Below, piece by piece: positions 1 to 11,726 of a stretch of DNA of 64,000 nt. Below the pieces are notes generated by a model that was given only the letters and a program-made list of their open reading frames with translations, ran no database searches and was not told where the DNA came from. A program made the translations under genes and the position numbers. Origin of the DNA: an uncultured Acidobacteriota bacterium (GTDB lineage Bacteria; Acidobacteriota; Thermoanaerobaculia; Gp7-AA8); the NCBI GenBank assembly GCA_963741955.1, contig CAVUKB010000007.1, forward strand, positions 608,001 to 672,000, read 5' to 3'. The stretch's first letter is position 1, and each line of letters opens with the position of its first letter.

Positions 1-1044
1 TCCGCGGACGGGGAGGGTGAAGGTCGGGTTGATCGAATCAGTGGTCTGGATTTTCACCGAGCCGTCGAGGTTGCCGGTTTTCGCCCCGTCCTTGACCCGG
101 ATCAGAAGCTGGAACTGGCCGGGAGCGGCGCCGGGAATGACTTCCGCGGTGAAGGCGGAAGGATCACTCGATTCGGCTTTGGTCACCCGGAAATCGCCGG
201 GGTTCTGGTTCTCGTTGGTCTGCAGGACGACGGTACGGACGGCAGCCGGATCTCCCGCGGTGACCTCACCGAAGTTGAGCGCCGTCGGCATGACGCTGTA
301 GGTCGGGCGGACGATACCGTTGATGTTGATCGGAAGCTCGGGCTGATGCTTGGAGTTCGTCTTGATGATCACGCGGTCGGAGAGGATTCCGGGCTTCGCC
401 TTGGTGCTGTCGATCGAGATGTTGACTGCGTACTGATTCTGTCCGTTGGCGCCGAACTCGACCCGGTCTTCCTTCTTCTCGATCTTCTGAGTGTTGACGG
501 TGATGTAGTCCTTCGGATTCTCGATGCCGGTGATCTCGAACGCCTGCGGTTCCGCAGAGAAGACCTTCACAGTCTGAGTCTGCTTATCGCCCTGAGTGAG
601 AGTAAAGCGGACGAACTGGGCCGGGAAGGCCTCGACGTACGGCTTGACGGTCGCCTTGAGCGTCAGCTGCGAGCTCGGCGTCTTGGGGTCGTTCGTCTGG
701 ATGGTGATGCTCTTGGTGATCGGTCCGGTGAACGCCGTCGTGTCGACGTGGGCGGTGACTTTTCCGGTCGCACCCGGTTTGATCACTTTGTCGAAGTCGG
801 CGACGGTGCAACCGCAGGATGGTGTCGCACTGAGGATCTGCAGATCGGATTTTCCGCTGTTCCGGATGAGGAACGAGTAGTCGATCTTGTCTCCCTTCGG
901 AACGGTACCCACTTCATGGACCTGCTCCGGAATGGTGAGAACGGGTGCCGGCTTTGCAGCCTCATCGGCCGCAAACCCGGTGACGGCGAAAGCGACCGTC
1001 ATCACTGCTGCGACAGCCGACGTCAAAATGCGCTTCGAGACCAT
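1..1044 (-). CDS. DUF1573-domain secreted Ig-like protein (partial, runs off window start)
   Basis: Not in ORF track. ATG at 1044 with AGGAGG RBS; reads MVSKRILTSAVAAVMTVAFAVTGFAA (signal peptide) then YSFLIRNSGKSDLQILSATPSCGCT...IKPGATGKV, the typical DUF1573 motif. Confidence 0.8.
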   Translation of the reverse strand, partial: MVSKRILTSAVAAVMTVAFAVTGFAADEAAKPAPVLTIPEQVHEVGTVPKGDKIDYSFLIRNSGKSDLQILSATPSCGCTVADFDKVIKPGATGKVTAHVDTTAFTGPITKSITIQTNDPKTPSSQLTLKATVKPYVEAFPAQFVRFTLTQGDKQTQTVKVFSAEPQAFEITGIENPKDYITVNTQKIEKKEDRVEFGANGQNQYAVNISIDSTKAKPGILSDRVIIKTNSKHQPELPININGIVRPTYSVMPTALNFGEVTAGDPAAVRTVVLQTNENQNPGDFRVTKAESSDPSAFTAEVIPGAAPGQFQLLIRVKDGAKTGNLDGSVKIQTTDSINPTFTLPVRG

Positions 1045-1251
1045 GAAAATCCTCCTGAAAGAAGCTCGAGAGATTCGATTCGGACCGACGGTACGAACAG
1101 GGGTGGATAGGGCGTCATTCCCCTCGATTCGTCCCGTAAGGCCTTACAATTCCGCAAGTTTGTACGCCGGGAGGTCGCTGGACCTTCGTTCCCGGCGCTG
1201 CTGTACGACGACGTCCGGCCGGCCCCGAGCCGCTCCGGCGGGAAGGAACCC

Positions 1252-2703
1252 ATGCCTCACGTTCATGAATCCACTGGCGCAAAGCGAATTTACCTGATCG
1301 GCATCTGTGGGACCGCGATGGCATCGCTCGCGGGAATGCTCCGGAAGAGCGGTTACGAGATCATTGGTTCGGACGAGCACGTCTATCCACCGATGTCGAC
1401 TTTTCTCGAGCAGCTCGGGATCGAGGTGCTCGTGGGATATACGAAAGAGCATCTCGAGAAGTTCCGCCCCGACCTGGTGGTGGTCGGCAACGCCGCGGCC
1501 CGCACCAATCCGGAAGCTGCAGCGGTGCTGGAGCTCGATCTTCCGTACACCTCGATGCCCGAGGCCATTCATCAGCTTTTCCTGCGAGGGAAGCATTCGA
1601 TCGTGGCGGCAGGGACACACGGGAAGACCACCACGACGTCGCTGATGGCCTGGGTCCTCGAAGCCGCAGGTCGCGATCCGAGCTTCATGGTCGGAGGCAT
1701 CCCGCTCAACTTCAATCAGAACTTCAAGCTCGGCGAAGGTGAAGAGTTCGTCCTGGAGGGCGACGAGTACAACACCGCGTTCTTCGACAAGGGTCCGAAG
1801 TTCGTCCACTACCATGCTTCGACGCTGATCCTGAACAACATCGAATTCGACCACGCGGACATCTACGACGGCCTCGACCAGATCATGAGCGCGTTTCGCT
1901 CGGGAGTGAGCGTCATGAAGAGCGGAGATCTGATCGTCGCGAATGGCGACGACGGAAACGTCGCGAAGCTGCGTGCCGACAGCCGGGCCGTCTGGCTCAC
2001 CTTCGGGTTCACTCCGGGCGTCGACCTTCGCGCGACGGATCTCGAGGAATCGGAGGGGGGGACGGCATTCACCGTGTTCCTCCACGCGAAGGAATGGTTT
2101 CGATTCCGGACCACCATGTCCGGGCGCCACAACGTCGCGAACGCCCTCGCAGTCGCGGCCGTCGGACGGAACCGCGGGCTCACGGCGGAGCAGATCCAGA
2201 AGGGATTCGAGACATTCGAAGGGGTGAAGCGCCGGATGGAAGTACGCGGGGTGGAGGATGGCGTCACGGTGATCGACGACTTCGCGCATCACCCCACCGC
2301 CGTCGAGACGACCCTCCGCGGCGCAAGGAAGAAGTATCCGGCGCGCCGCATCTGGGCTCTCTTCGAGCCGCGCTCGATCTCGTCCGCGAGGAAGGAGTTC
2401 GAGGCGGGGTACGAGCAGGCATTCAGGGAGGCGGACCAGGTGGTGATCGGTCCGGTCTTCCACCGCAACCGTTACGAGACCCGCTACGGACTCGAAAAGA
2501 TGATGTCGGTCGAGGCGATCATCGATTCTCTGCAGAAGAACGGGACGCCGGCCCGGCACGTCGATGACATCGACCGGATCGTGGCTCTGGTGGCGTCCGA
2601 AGCAAAAGGCGGCGCCGTGATCATCGCCATGTCTTCCGGCGCGTTCGGCGGAATCCATCAGAAGCTCCTCGATGCCCTGAAGTCGCGGGGAGAGAAGGAA
2701 TAG
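1252..2703 (+). CDS. mpl: UDP-N-acetylmuramate:L-alanyl-gamma-D-glutamyl-meso-diaminopimelate ligase (murein peptide ligase)
   Basis: GICGTAMASLA, GTHGKTTT, EGDEY..AFFDKGPKF, DHADIY and DDFAHHPTA motifs. Confidence 0.9.
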   Translation: MPHVHESTGAKRIYLIGICGTAMASLAGMLRKSGYEIIGSDEHVYPPMSTFLEQLGIEVLVGYTKEHLEKFRPDLVVVGNAAARTNPEAAAVLELDLPYTSMPEAIHQLFLRGKHSIVAAGTHGKTTTTSLMAWVLEAAGRDPSFMVGGIPLNFNQNFKLGEGEEFVLEGDEYNTAFFDKGPKFVHYHASTLILNNIEFDHADIYDGLDQIMSAFRSGVSVMKSGDLIVANGDDGNVAKLRADSRAVWLTFGFTPGVDLRATDLEESEGGTAFTVFLHAKEWFRFRTTMSGRHNVANALAVAAVGRNRGLTAEQIQKGFETFEGVKRRMEVRGVEDGVTVIDDFAHHPTAVETTLRGARKKYPARRIWALFEPRSISSARKEFEAGYEQAFREADQVVIGPVFHRNRYETRYGLEKMMSVEAIIDSLQKNGTPARHVDDIDRIVALVASEAKGGAVIIAMSSGAFGGIHQKLLDALKSRGEKE

Positions 2704-2777
2704 AAGGGGCCGCCGGGGAGTTCTTTGCCGGGTCGAGCAGGAGCAGGCGTAATCGACCCGAAAGCAGGAGCTGAGTG

Positions 2778-2936
2778 ATGCCGGAAAAACAGGCGCTGGA
2801 GATTCTCGAGAAGCACAACATCGACCCGACCGATGTGAAGAACAAGAAGGTGAGCCTTCACCATCTTCGCCACATCGTCCGCAGCGACGAACTTCCTTAC
2901 CCGGTCTTCCGGGAGCTCGTTCGGATGCGCAGATAA
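2778..2936 (+). CDS. Small hypothetical protein (52 aa)
   Basis: AGGAG RBS then ATG; MPEKQALEILEKHNIDPTDVKNKKVSLHHLRHIVRSDELPYPVFRELVRMRR*; GC3-rich codons; followed by an intrinsic terminator. Confidence 0.65.
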   Translation: MPEKQALEILEKHNIDPTDVKNKKVSLHHLRHIVRSDELPYPVFRELVRMRR

Positions 2937-2960
2937 ACATTCGCGACGCGTGAAGTTCGA

Positions 2961-2989
2961 AAGGGCGGCTCGAAGAAGCCGCCTTTTTC
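2961..2989 (+). terminator. Rho-independent terminator
   Basis: AAGGGCGGCT-CGAAGA-AGCCGCCTTT followed by T run. Confidence 0.75.
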
Positions 2990-3040
2990 GTCTTTGTTCG
3001 CCAGCCGGTGGTGCGAGGCTCCCTCCCGTGCGGCTCGTGC

Positions 3041-5239
3041 GCGAGCGCAGCATCACGCATGTTCCCGACAGAGGCGGAGCACCGAGGGGCGCGGATCCTC
3101 TGATCCGCCGCGCGGATCGGGTTCAGAGCGGATCGAGACGGTTCATGCGGCAGAGGCGAAGCCCGCACCGACGCTCCGCGCTCGAGCAGATGCACGCTCT
3201 TCGTGGTGTTGAACGCGATCCTCGAGGCAGATCGGAGGATCTGCACCCCATGGAAGAACCGCGGCCGAGGGCGCGGATCCCGCGCGAGCGCAGCATCACG
3301 CATGTTCCCGACAGAGGCGGAGCACCGAGGGGCGCGAATCCTCTGATCCGCCGCGCAGATCGGGTTCAGAGCGGATCGAGAGGAGGTCTGCGGCAGAGGC
3401 GAAGCCCGCACCGACGCTCCGCGCTCGAGCAACTGCACGCTCTTCGTGGCATAGAACGCGATCCTCGTGGCAGATCGGAGGATCTGCACCCCATCGAAGA
3501 GCCGCGGCCGAGGGCGCGGATCCCGCGCGGCTCGTGCGCGAGCGCAGATCACGCATGTTCCCGACAGAAGCGGAGCACCGAGGGGCGCGAATCCTCTGAT
3601 CCGCCGCGCGTCTCGGGTTCAGAGCGGATCGAGACGGTTCATGCGGCAGAGGCGGAGCCCGCACCGACGCTCCGCGCTCGAGCAACTGCACGCTCTTCGT
3701 GGCATAGAACGCGATCCTCGTGGCAGATCGGAGGATCTGCACCCCATGGAAGAACCGCGGCCGAGGGCGCGGATCCCGCGCGAGCGCAGCATCACCCGTG
3801 TTCCCGACAGAAGCGGAGCACCGAGGGGCGCGAATCCTCTGATCCGCCGCGCAGATCGGGTTCAGAGCGGATCGAGAGGAGGTCTGCGGCAGAGGCGAAG
3901 CCCGCACCGACGCTCCGCGCTCGAGCAACTGCACGCTCTTCGTGGCATAGAACGCGATCCTCGTGGCAGATCGGAGGATCTGCACCCCATCGAAGAGCCG
4001 CGGCCGAGGGCGCGGATCCCGCGCGGCTCGTGCGCGAGCGCAGATCACGCATGTTCCCGACAGAAGCGGAGCACCGAGGGGCGCGAATCCTCTGATCCGC
4101 CGCGCGTCTCGGGTTCAGAGCGGATCGAGACGGTTCATGCGGCAGAGGCGGAGCCCGCACCGACGCTCCGCGCTCGAGCAACTGCACGCTCTTCGTGGCA
4201 TAGAACGCGATCCTCGTGGCAGATCGGAGGATCTGCACCCCATGGAAGAACCGCGGCCGAGGGCGCGGATCCCGCGCGAGCGCAGCATCACGCATGTTCC
4301 CGACAGAGGCGGAGCACCGAGGGGCGCGGATCCTCTGATCCGCCGCGCAGATCGGGTTCAGAGCGGATCGAGACGGTTCATGCGGCAGAGGCGAAGCCCG
4401 CACCGACGCTCCGCGCTCGAGCAACTGCACGCTCTTCGTGGCATAGAACGCGATCCTCGTGGCAGATCGGAGGATCTGCACCCCATGGAAGAACCGCGGC
4501 CGAGGGCGCGGATCCCGCGCGAGCGCAGATCACGCATGTTCCCGACAGAAGCGGAGCACCGAGGGGCGCGGATCCTCTGATCCGCCGCGCGTCTCGGGTT
4601 CAGAGCGGATCGAGACGGTTCATGCGGCAGAGGCGAAGCCCGCACCGACGCTCCGCGCTCGAGCAACTGCACGCTCTTCGTGGCATAGAACGCGATCCTC
4701 GTGGCAGATCGGAGGATCTGCACCCCATGGAAGAACCGCGGCCGAGGGCGCGGATCCCGCGCGAGCGCAGCATCACCCGTGTTCCCGACAGAAGCGGAGC
4801 ACCGAGGGGCGCGGATCCTCTGATCCGCCGCGCGTCTCGGGTTCAGAGCGGATCGAGACGGTTCATGCGGCAGAGGCGGAGCCCGCACCGACGCTCCGCG
4901 CTCGAGCAGATGCACGCTCTTCGTGGCATAGAACGCGGTCCTCGTGGCAGATCGGAGGATCTGCACCCCATGGAAGAACCGCGGCCGAGGGCGCGGATCC
5001 CGCGCGAGCGCAGCATCACCCGTGTTCCCGACAGAAGCGGAGCACCGAGGGGCGCGGATCCTCTGATCCGCCGCGCAGATCGGGTTCAGAGCGGATCGAG
5101 ACGGTTCATGCGGCAGAGGCGAAGCCCGCACCGACGCTCCGCGCTCGAGCAACTGCACGCTCTTCGTGGCATAGAACGCGATCCTCGTGGCAGATCGGAG
5201 GATCTGCACCCCATGGAAGAACCGCGGCCGAGGGCGCGG
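3041..5239. repeat. Tandem array of nine ~242-254 bp REP/REPIN-like units
   Basis: Unit start GCGAGCGCAG at 3041, 3284, 3538, 3780, 4034, 4276, 4519, 4761 and 5004; each unit has inverted hairpins GGGGYGCRGATCCTCYGATCYGC (e.g. 3086-3108 forward, 3227-3249 reverse). Confidence 0.95.
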
Positions 5240-5334
5240 GAGAGCGGTTCGCTTCGCTCCGTCCGTGCCACGACGATGCTCTCATCGGATTTCCGGGTTA
5301 AACTCTTTGGCCCATTCCGGAGGAGGTTTTCATT

Positions 5335-7419
5335 TTGGGTTTTGCTGCCGAATCGAAAAAGCTGATCGACCAGAATTCATTCGACTCCGTCGAAGCGCTC
5401 TGGATGGAGCGGATGGAGAAGGAGCCGCGGGATGTCGGGGAGTTTCTCGAGACCGCGAAGATGCTGCGAAAAGCGGGTGAGCGCGATCTCGCCGATGCAC
5501 TGCTCGATCTTCTGGGTGAAGCCCTTTACGAACGGAAGGCCTGGCCGGAGCGACTCGAGGTCCTCAAGGAGATCGGCCGCCTGACCAGGAAGCCGGACAA
5601 GCTCCGTCCGGCGCTCGAAGAAGCGCTCACCCACACCCTCGGCTCCCGGCCGAGTTTCGACCGGGTCATGGAGCATGCGAAGTTCTCCGAACCGGGATCG
5701 AATCCGGTCGAGAGGGCCGAAAAAGTGGAGACGTGGCTTTCCCTCGACGAGGGGGAGATCTTTTACATGAGCGGCCGTGGCATCGGAGTGGTGACGGACC
5801 TGAATCCCGATCTCGGCGTCTGCAGGCTCGATTTCGAGAACGAGAAACGCGTTTCCGTCCCCCTCGGCGCAGCCAGTCGTTTTCTCACTCCCATCCCTTC
5901 CGATCACGTCCTCCACGGAAAGATCGACGATGCCGACCGTCTTCGCGGGGAAGCGCTCGCCGCGCCTGCCGAGTTCTTCGGTGCGATTCTCCGCAGCTTC
6001 GGGCGTCCAATGCAGGCGAGCGAGGTGAAGGATGCGATGATCGGCATTCTTCCTTCCGGGAAATGGAGCAGCTGGTGGAACGCGGCTCGGAAGCATCCGC
6101 AGATCGTGGTCACCGGCAGCGGCTCGAAGGCGACGTACAGTTGGAGCGAGAGCACCGGAGAGGCGGAACAGTCGATCCGTGAGGAGTTCGAGAGAGCGGC
6201 GCCGCGGGAGCGGCTGGATCTCGCGAGACGGCACAGCGGCCGGAGTGTCGAGCTCTCCGACGAGTTCGCCCGCACCCTCGCCGCGGACGCCGACCGGATC
6301 GCGGCATCGGATCCTGCGCTCGCATGGGAGATCCTGGCCACTCTGGAGAAGCTTCCCGGTGATTACCGGGCGGAGACCGATCCGGGATCGCTCCTCCAGG
6401 GACCGGCTGCCGCGAGAGTCGTGACTTCGATTCCCGACCGGTTGCTGCGCGAACGTGCGCTGCAGACGGTGCGGGACGAGCATCCGGAATGGCTGAAGCT
6501 GTTCAGCGAGATCTTCTTCGCCGAAGAGGACCCGCGGGTGGTCAGCGTTCTGGTGTCGATGCTCGAGCAGGCAGGGCACTTCGACGTCCGGGACCGGTTG
6601 ATCGACGAAACGCTCCGCTATCCGCGCCGCCACCCGCGTGCATTCTTCTGGTACGTGAAGTCTCTGCACGACTCGGCCGAGGAACTGCCGGATCGTGCGA
6701 ACTACACGATGCTGCAGCACATCCTCGAGGCTCTCTCGATGGACCAGTTCTCGGCGTATCGCTCGCGGATGCGCGAGTTTTTCGACAAGGGCGGCCTGGC
6801 GGTACGGATCGTGATGCAGACCGATGACGAAGAATCGGCGAGAAAACTGTTCGAGACGATGGAGCGTTACGGAGCACTCGAAGAGTACCGCCGGGAGAAC
6901 ATGAAGGGGGCCATCCTCCTGAAGTTTCCGAAGCTGCGCGAGCCGGTGGTGGAACTGGTCTACGCGACCGCGGAATCGCTCCAGGAGAAGCGGAAGGAGT
7001 TCGACCGCTTGAAGAACGTCGAGATTCCGGCGACCCTCAAGGCGATCCAGGTGGCCCGCGAAATGGGAGATCTTCGAGAGAACTTCGAGTACAAGGCGGC
7101 ACGCCAGCGGCAGGAGTATCTCGCGGCCCGGGTTTCCGAGCTGCAGTCGGAGCTGAGCCGGGTCCGGGTTCTCGATCCGGCGGAGATCGACACGTCCGAA
7201 GTGCGGGTCGGGACGACCACGGCACTCAGGAACGGCGACATACGCCGTGATGTCACGATCCTCGGCCCGTGGGAATCAGATCCGGAACGGGGGATCTATT
7301 CGAACCAGTCCGAAGTGGCGAAGGCGATGGTCGGAAGACACATCGGAGAGATCGTCTCGTTCATGGGAAACGATTACCTGATCGAAGGAATCGCCCGATG
7401 GACCGAGCGGCAGGCATAG
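5335..7419 (+). CDS. greA: Long-form GreA/GreB transcription elongation factor with ~540-aa N-terminal extension
   Basis: C-terminal AREMGDLRENFEYKAAR, ILGPWESDP and S.VAKAMVG Gre motifs; TTG start after GGAGGAGG. Confidence 0.8.
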   Translation: MGFAAESKKLIDQNSFDSVEALWMERMEKEPRDVGEFLETAKMLRKAGERDLADALLDLLGEALYERKAWPERLEVLKEIGRLTRKPDKLRPALEEALTHTLGSRPSFDRVMEHAKFSEPGSNPVERAEKVETWLSLDEGEIFYMSGRGIGVVTDLNPDLGVCRLDFENEKRVSVPLGAASRFLTPIPSDHVLHGKIDDADRLRGEALAAPAEFFGAILRSFGRPMQASEVKDAMIGILPSGKWSSWWNAARKHPQIVVTGSGSKATYSWSESTGEAEQSIREEFERAAPRERLDLARRHSGRSVELSDEFARTLAADADRIAASDPALAWEILATLEKLPGDYRAETDPGSLLQGPAAARVVTSIPDRLLRERALQTVRDEHPEWLKLFSEIFFAEEDPRVVSVLVSMLEQAGHFDVRDRLIDETLRYPRRHPRAFFWYVKSLHDSAEELPDRANYTMLQHILEALSMDQFSAYRSRMREFFDKGGLAVRIVMQTDDEESARKLFETMERYGALEEYRRENMKGAILLKFPKLREPVVELVYATAESLQEKRKEFDRLKNVEIPATLKAIQVAREMGDLRENFEYKAARQRQEYLAARVSELQSELSRVRVLDPAEIDTSEVRVGTTTALRNGDIRRDVTILGPWESDPERGIYSNQSEVAKAMVGRHIGEIVSFMGNDYLIEGIARWTERQA

Positions 7420-7510
7420 TCCCGCCGAGTGAGAGTTAGAATACGCTCAGCGGAGGAGACGGATCGCCCGGGGCAGGACGTGGCGGGATCCGTTGGAGGA
7501 GGAGAATCGA

Positions 7511-7777
7511 ATGACGTACGTCATTGCCGAACCGTGCATCAATACGAAGGACACCGCATGTGTCGATGTCTGCCCGGTCGATTGCATCCACCCCCGGAAA
7601 GACGAGCCGAACTTCGAGAAGGAGGATCTGCTGTACATCGATCCGGAGGTCTGCATCGACTGCGGAGCCTGTGAGCCGGCATGTCCGGTTCAGGCGATCT
7701 TCCCGGAAGACCTGGTCCCCGAGAAGTGGGCGGAATACACGAAGATCAATGCCGACTGGTACAAGAATCAGACCTGA
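7511..7777 (+). CDS. Ferredoxin (7Fe/FdxA-like dicluster)
   Basis: MTYVIAEPC...CVDVCPVDCI...YIDPEVCIDCGACEPACPVQAI; GGAGGAGGAG RBS. Confidence 0.92.
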   Translation: MTYVIAEPCINTKDTACVDVCPVDCIHPRKDEPNFEKEDLLYIDPEVCIDCGACEPACPVQAIFPEDLVPEKWAEYTKINADWYKNQT

Positions 7778-7801
7778 CCCTTTCGGGTCGTGCCGTCGTC
7801 G

Positions 7802-7831
7802 AGGGACCCTTCCGGGTCCTTTTTCGTTTTT
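7802..7831 (+). terminator. Rho-independent terminator
   Basis: AGGGACCC-TTCC-GGGTCCT followed by T tracts. Confidence 0.75.
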
Positions 7832-7920
7832 CGGGCCCGATGTGGCGTACCGGCGTCGCATCTGATATCAGATAGCGGCGCGCGGGTTGCTCGGACGCCT
7901 GCCGCAGAAGGAGACAATTC

Positions 7921-8790
7921 ATGAAAATCTCGTTCATCGGTCTCGGAGCCATGGGGTATCCGATGGCGCGGCATCTGGCGAAGAGTCACGACGTCACGGT
8001 ATGGAACCGGACCAGGGAAGTCGCGGAGAAGCACACCCGCGAAGCGGGAACGCGGCTGGCTGGAGATCTCGAGGAATGCGCGGCCGCAGACGTGATCATC
8101 ACCATCGTTCCGACCAGTGTGGAAGTCGATGAGATCGTCGACCGGCTGGCGGGAGCGGTGAAGGAAGGAACCCTCTGGATCGACGCGACCAGCGGAGACC
8201 CGGTGACCAGTCGCGAAACGGCACGGCGGCTCTCGCAGCAGGGAATCGCATTCGTCGATGCACCGGTGACCGGAGGGACGCCGGGCGCCGAAGCGGGAGC
8301 GCTCACGGTGATGGTCGGCGGATCGAAGAAGGACTTCGAGCGTGCGGAGCCGGTAATCCGGACGTTCGCGAAAAAGATCGTGCACGTCGGGGAAGTGGGG
8401 GCGGGTCATGCGGTCAAGGCGATCAACAACGCGCTCCTCGCCACGAACATGCTCATCGCCGGAGAGTGCTTCCTGATGGCGAAGAAGTTCGGGATCGACC
8501 TCGGGCGGGTGTTCGAAGTGATCAACGCCGGAAGCGGACGGTCGAATGTGAGCGAAAACCTGCTCCCGAGCCGGCTCGTCGATGGCCAGTGGCCGGTGAC
8601 GTTCAAGCTCGGGCTGCACGACAAGGACGTGCGGATCGCCGAATCGATGGCCCACGCCCAGCACATGGCGGCTCCCGTTCTCGCTCTGACCACCAGCCTT
8701 TTCAGCGCCGCGCTGCACAACCTCGGAAAGGACGCGGATTACCTGGAAGTGGTCAAATACATCGCCGAGATGAACGGCGAGACGTGGTGA
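7921..8790 (+). CDS. NAD(P)-dependent oxidoreductase, 3-hydroxyisobutyrate dehydrogenase family
   Basis: FIGLGAMGYPMA, WNRT, FVDAPVTGG, GAGHAVKAINN. Confidence 0.9.
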   Translation: MKISFIGLGAMGYPMARHLAKSHDVTVWNRTREVAEKHTREAGTRLAGDLEECAAADVIITIVPTSVEVDEIVDRLAGAVKEGTLWIDATSGDPVTSRETARRLSQQGIAFVDAPVTGGTPGAEAGALTVMVGGSKKDFERAEPVIRTFAKKIVHVGEVGAGHAVKAINNALLATNMLIAGECFLMAKKFGIDLGRVFEVINAGSGRSNVSENLLPSRLVDGQWPVTFKLGLHDKDVRIAESMAHAQHMAAPVLALTTSLFSAALHNLGKDADYLEVVKYIAEMNGETW

Positions 8791-9030
8791 GGATGGATTC
8801 GATGTGGCTGCCGTCGCTGCCCGGTTCGTCCGTGTCGAGCTTCCGGGTCGGACCCTGCAGGTCTCTTTTCTTCCGCGGTCGGGCCGCGGAAAGAGTCGCG
8901 GGATGACAAACGATGGGTTTCGTGTTAACTGGAGCCGGCGTTACGTCCCTCCCTCGCCTGGTCGCGGATTCCATCACGGAAGTGAAGGGATCGGTGCCGC
9001 GCGCGGGAGGACGGGAGCTCTCCGACTTCA

Positions 9031-10827
<1,797 letters not shown>

Positions 10828-10857
10828 TCATCTCGCGCCGAATGGCAGGAGGCGACG

Positions 10858-11502
10858 ATGAGATTTTCGATGTTTGCGATGTTCGCGGCCGCCGTTGCAC
10901 TGGCCGCATCCGGATGCAGTTCTTCCAGCCAGCCCAGGGTGAACATGAAAGAGGCGACGCGAGTCGTCGGGACCGACAACGACGTCAGAGTGGATGCCCA
11001 GCTCTACGCCGACCAGATCAACTCCTCCACCCCCATCGGTATCGTCTATCAGATTCAGAACGACCGGAAGGAGGCGATCGCAATTGCTGCGAACCAGACC
11101 GACGCGTCGTTCGATCGCCAGAGCCAGACGATCACGGTGAACATCGGAGCAGAGATCCCCGGATCGAAAGGCGTTCCACGGCTGACCCTGATCGAGCCCG
11201 GCCAGAAGAAGGGATTCTCGGTGGGAGTCCGCATCGCAGTCGCCGTTCCGACCGGATCGCGGCTCGCCCCGACTCCCCGCTACCTGAGGATCCGGGTCAA
11301 CTTTCTGAATGATGCCGAGCCGTTTCAGGGCGTGATCAGCGCCTCGAATCAGAACGTGGAGCCGGTCTCGCTGCCGAAAGGTCTCTTCACCCGGTGGATC
11401 GATTGCAACGAGAGCGTCGAGACGAACACCATTCCCGTCTACTGGAGCACTGCCCCCGCGATCGCAAACTTCGGTGGTGTGCCGGCGGCGGGATCGTACT
11501 GA
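10858..11502 (+). CDS. Hypothetical lipoprotein (paralog 1)
   Basis: Lipobox-like LAASGC; AGGAGG RBS; aligns by eye with the next ORF. Confidence 0.75.
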   Translation: MRFSMFAMFAAAVALAASGCSSSSQPRVNMKEATRVVGTDNDVRVDAQLYADQINSSTPIGIVYQIQNDRKEAIAIAANQTDASFDRQSQTITVNIGAEIPGSKGVPRLTLIEPGQKKGFSVGVRIAVAVPTGSRLAPTPRYLRIRVNFLNDAEPFQGVISASNQNVEPVSLPKGLFTRWIDCNESVETNTIPVYWSTAPAIANFGGVPAAGSY

Positions 11503-11726
11503 GCGGTACTTCCTCCCGCTCCGGCCATTCCTGATCGCGGTGTCGATGGCGAGCGTCCCGATCGCAGCAGAGCGTCCGACGATCTGACCGGGTGGATCGC
11601 GAATACCCGGTCACGTTCCGAATTCCTGATTCGCCGGGTGAGGAATTCGGATCTCCCTCCTTCGATTTTCTCCAGATACGAATCCCGCCTCGCATCACGG
11701 AACGACAATCGATCGGAGCCGAGCCC

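Noticed and set aside
3041-5239. CRISPR array, or repeat-protein genes (ORFs 2950-4095, 3467-5365, 1144-3552 etc.)
   Set aside because: Whole units repeat with no unique spacers and no cas genes are present. Unit lengths of 242/254 shift frames, and the ORFs are Arg/Ser/Ala-rich on both strands without clear RBSs.
8944-9013. SRP (4.5S) RNA
   Set aside because: It has a GGAA tetraloop but lacks the conserved CAGG/AGCA internal loop of SRP domain IV.
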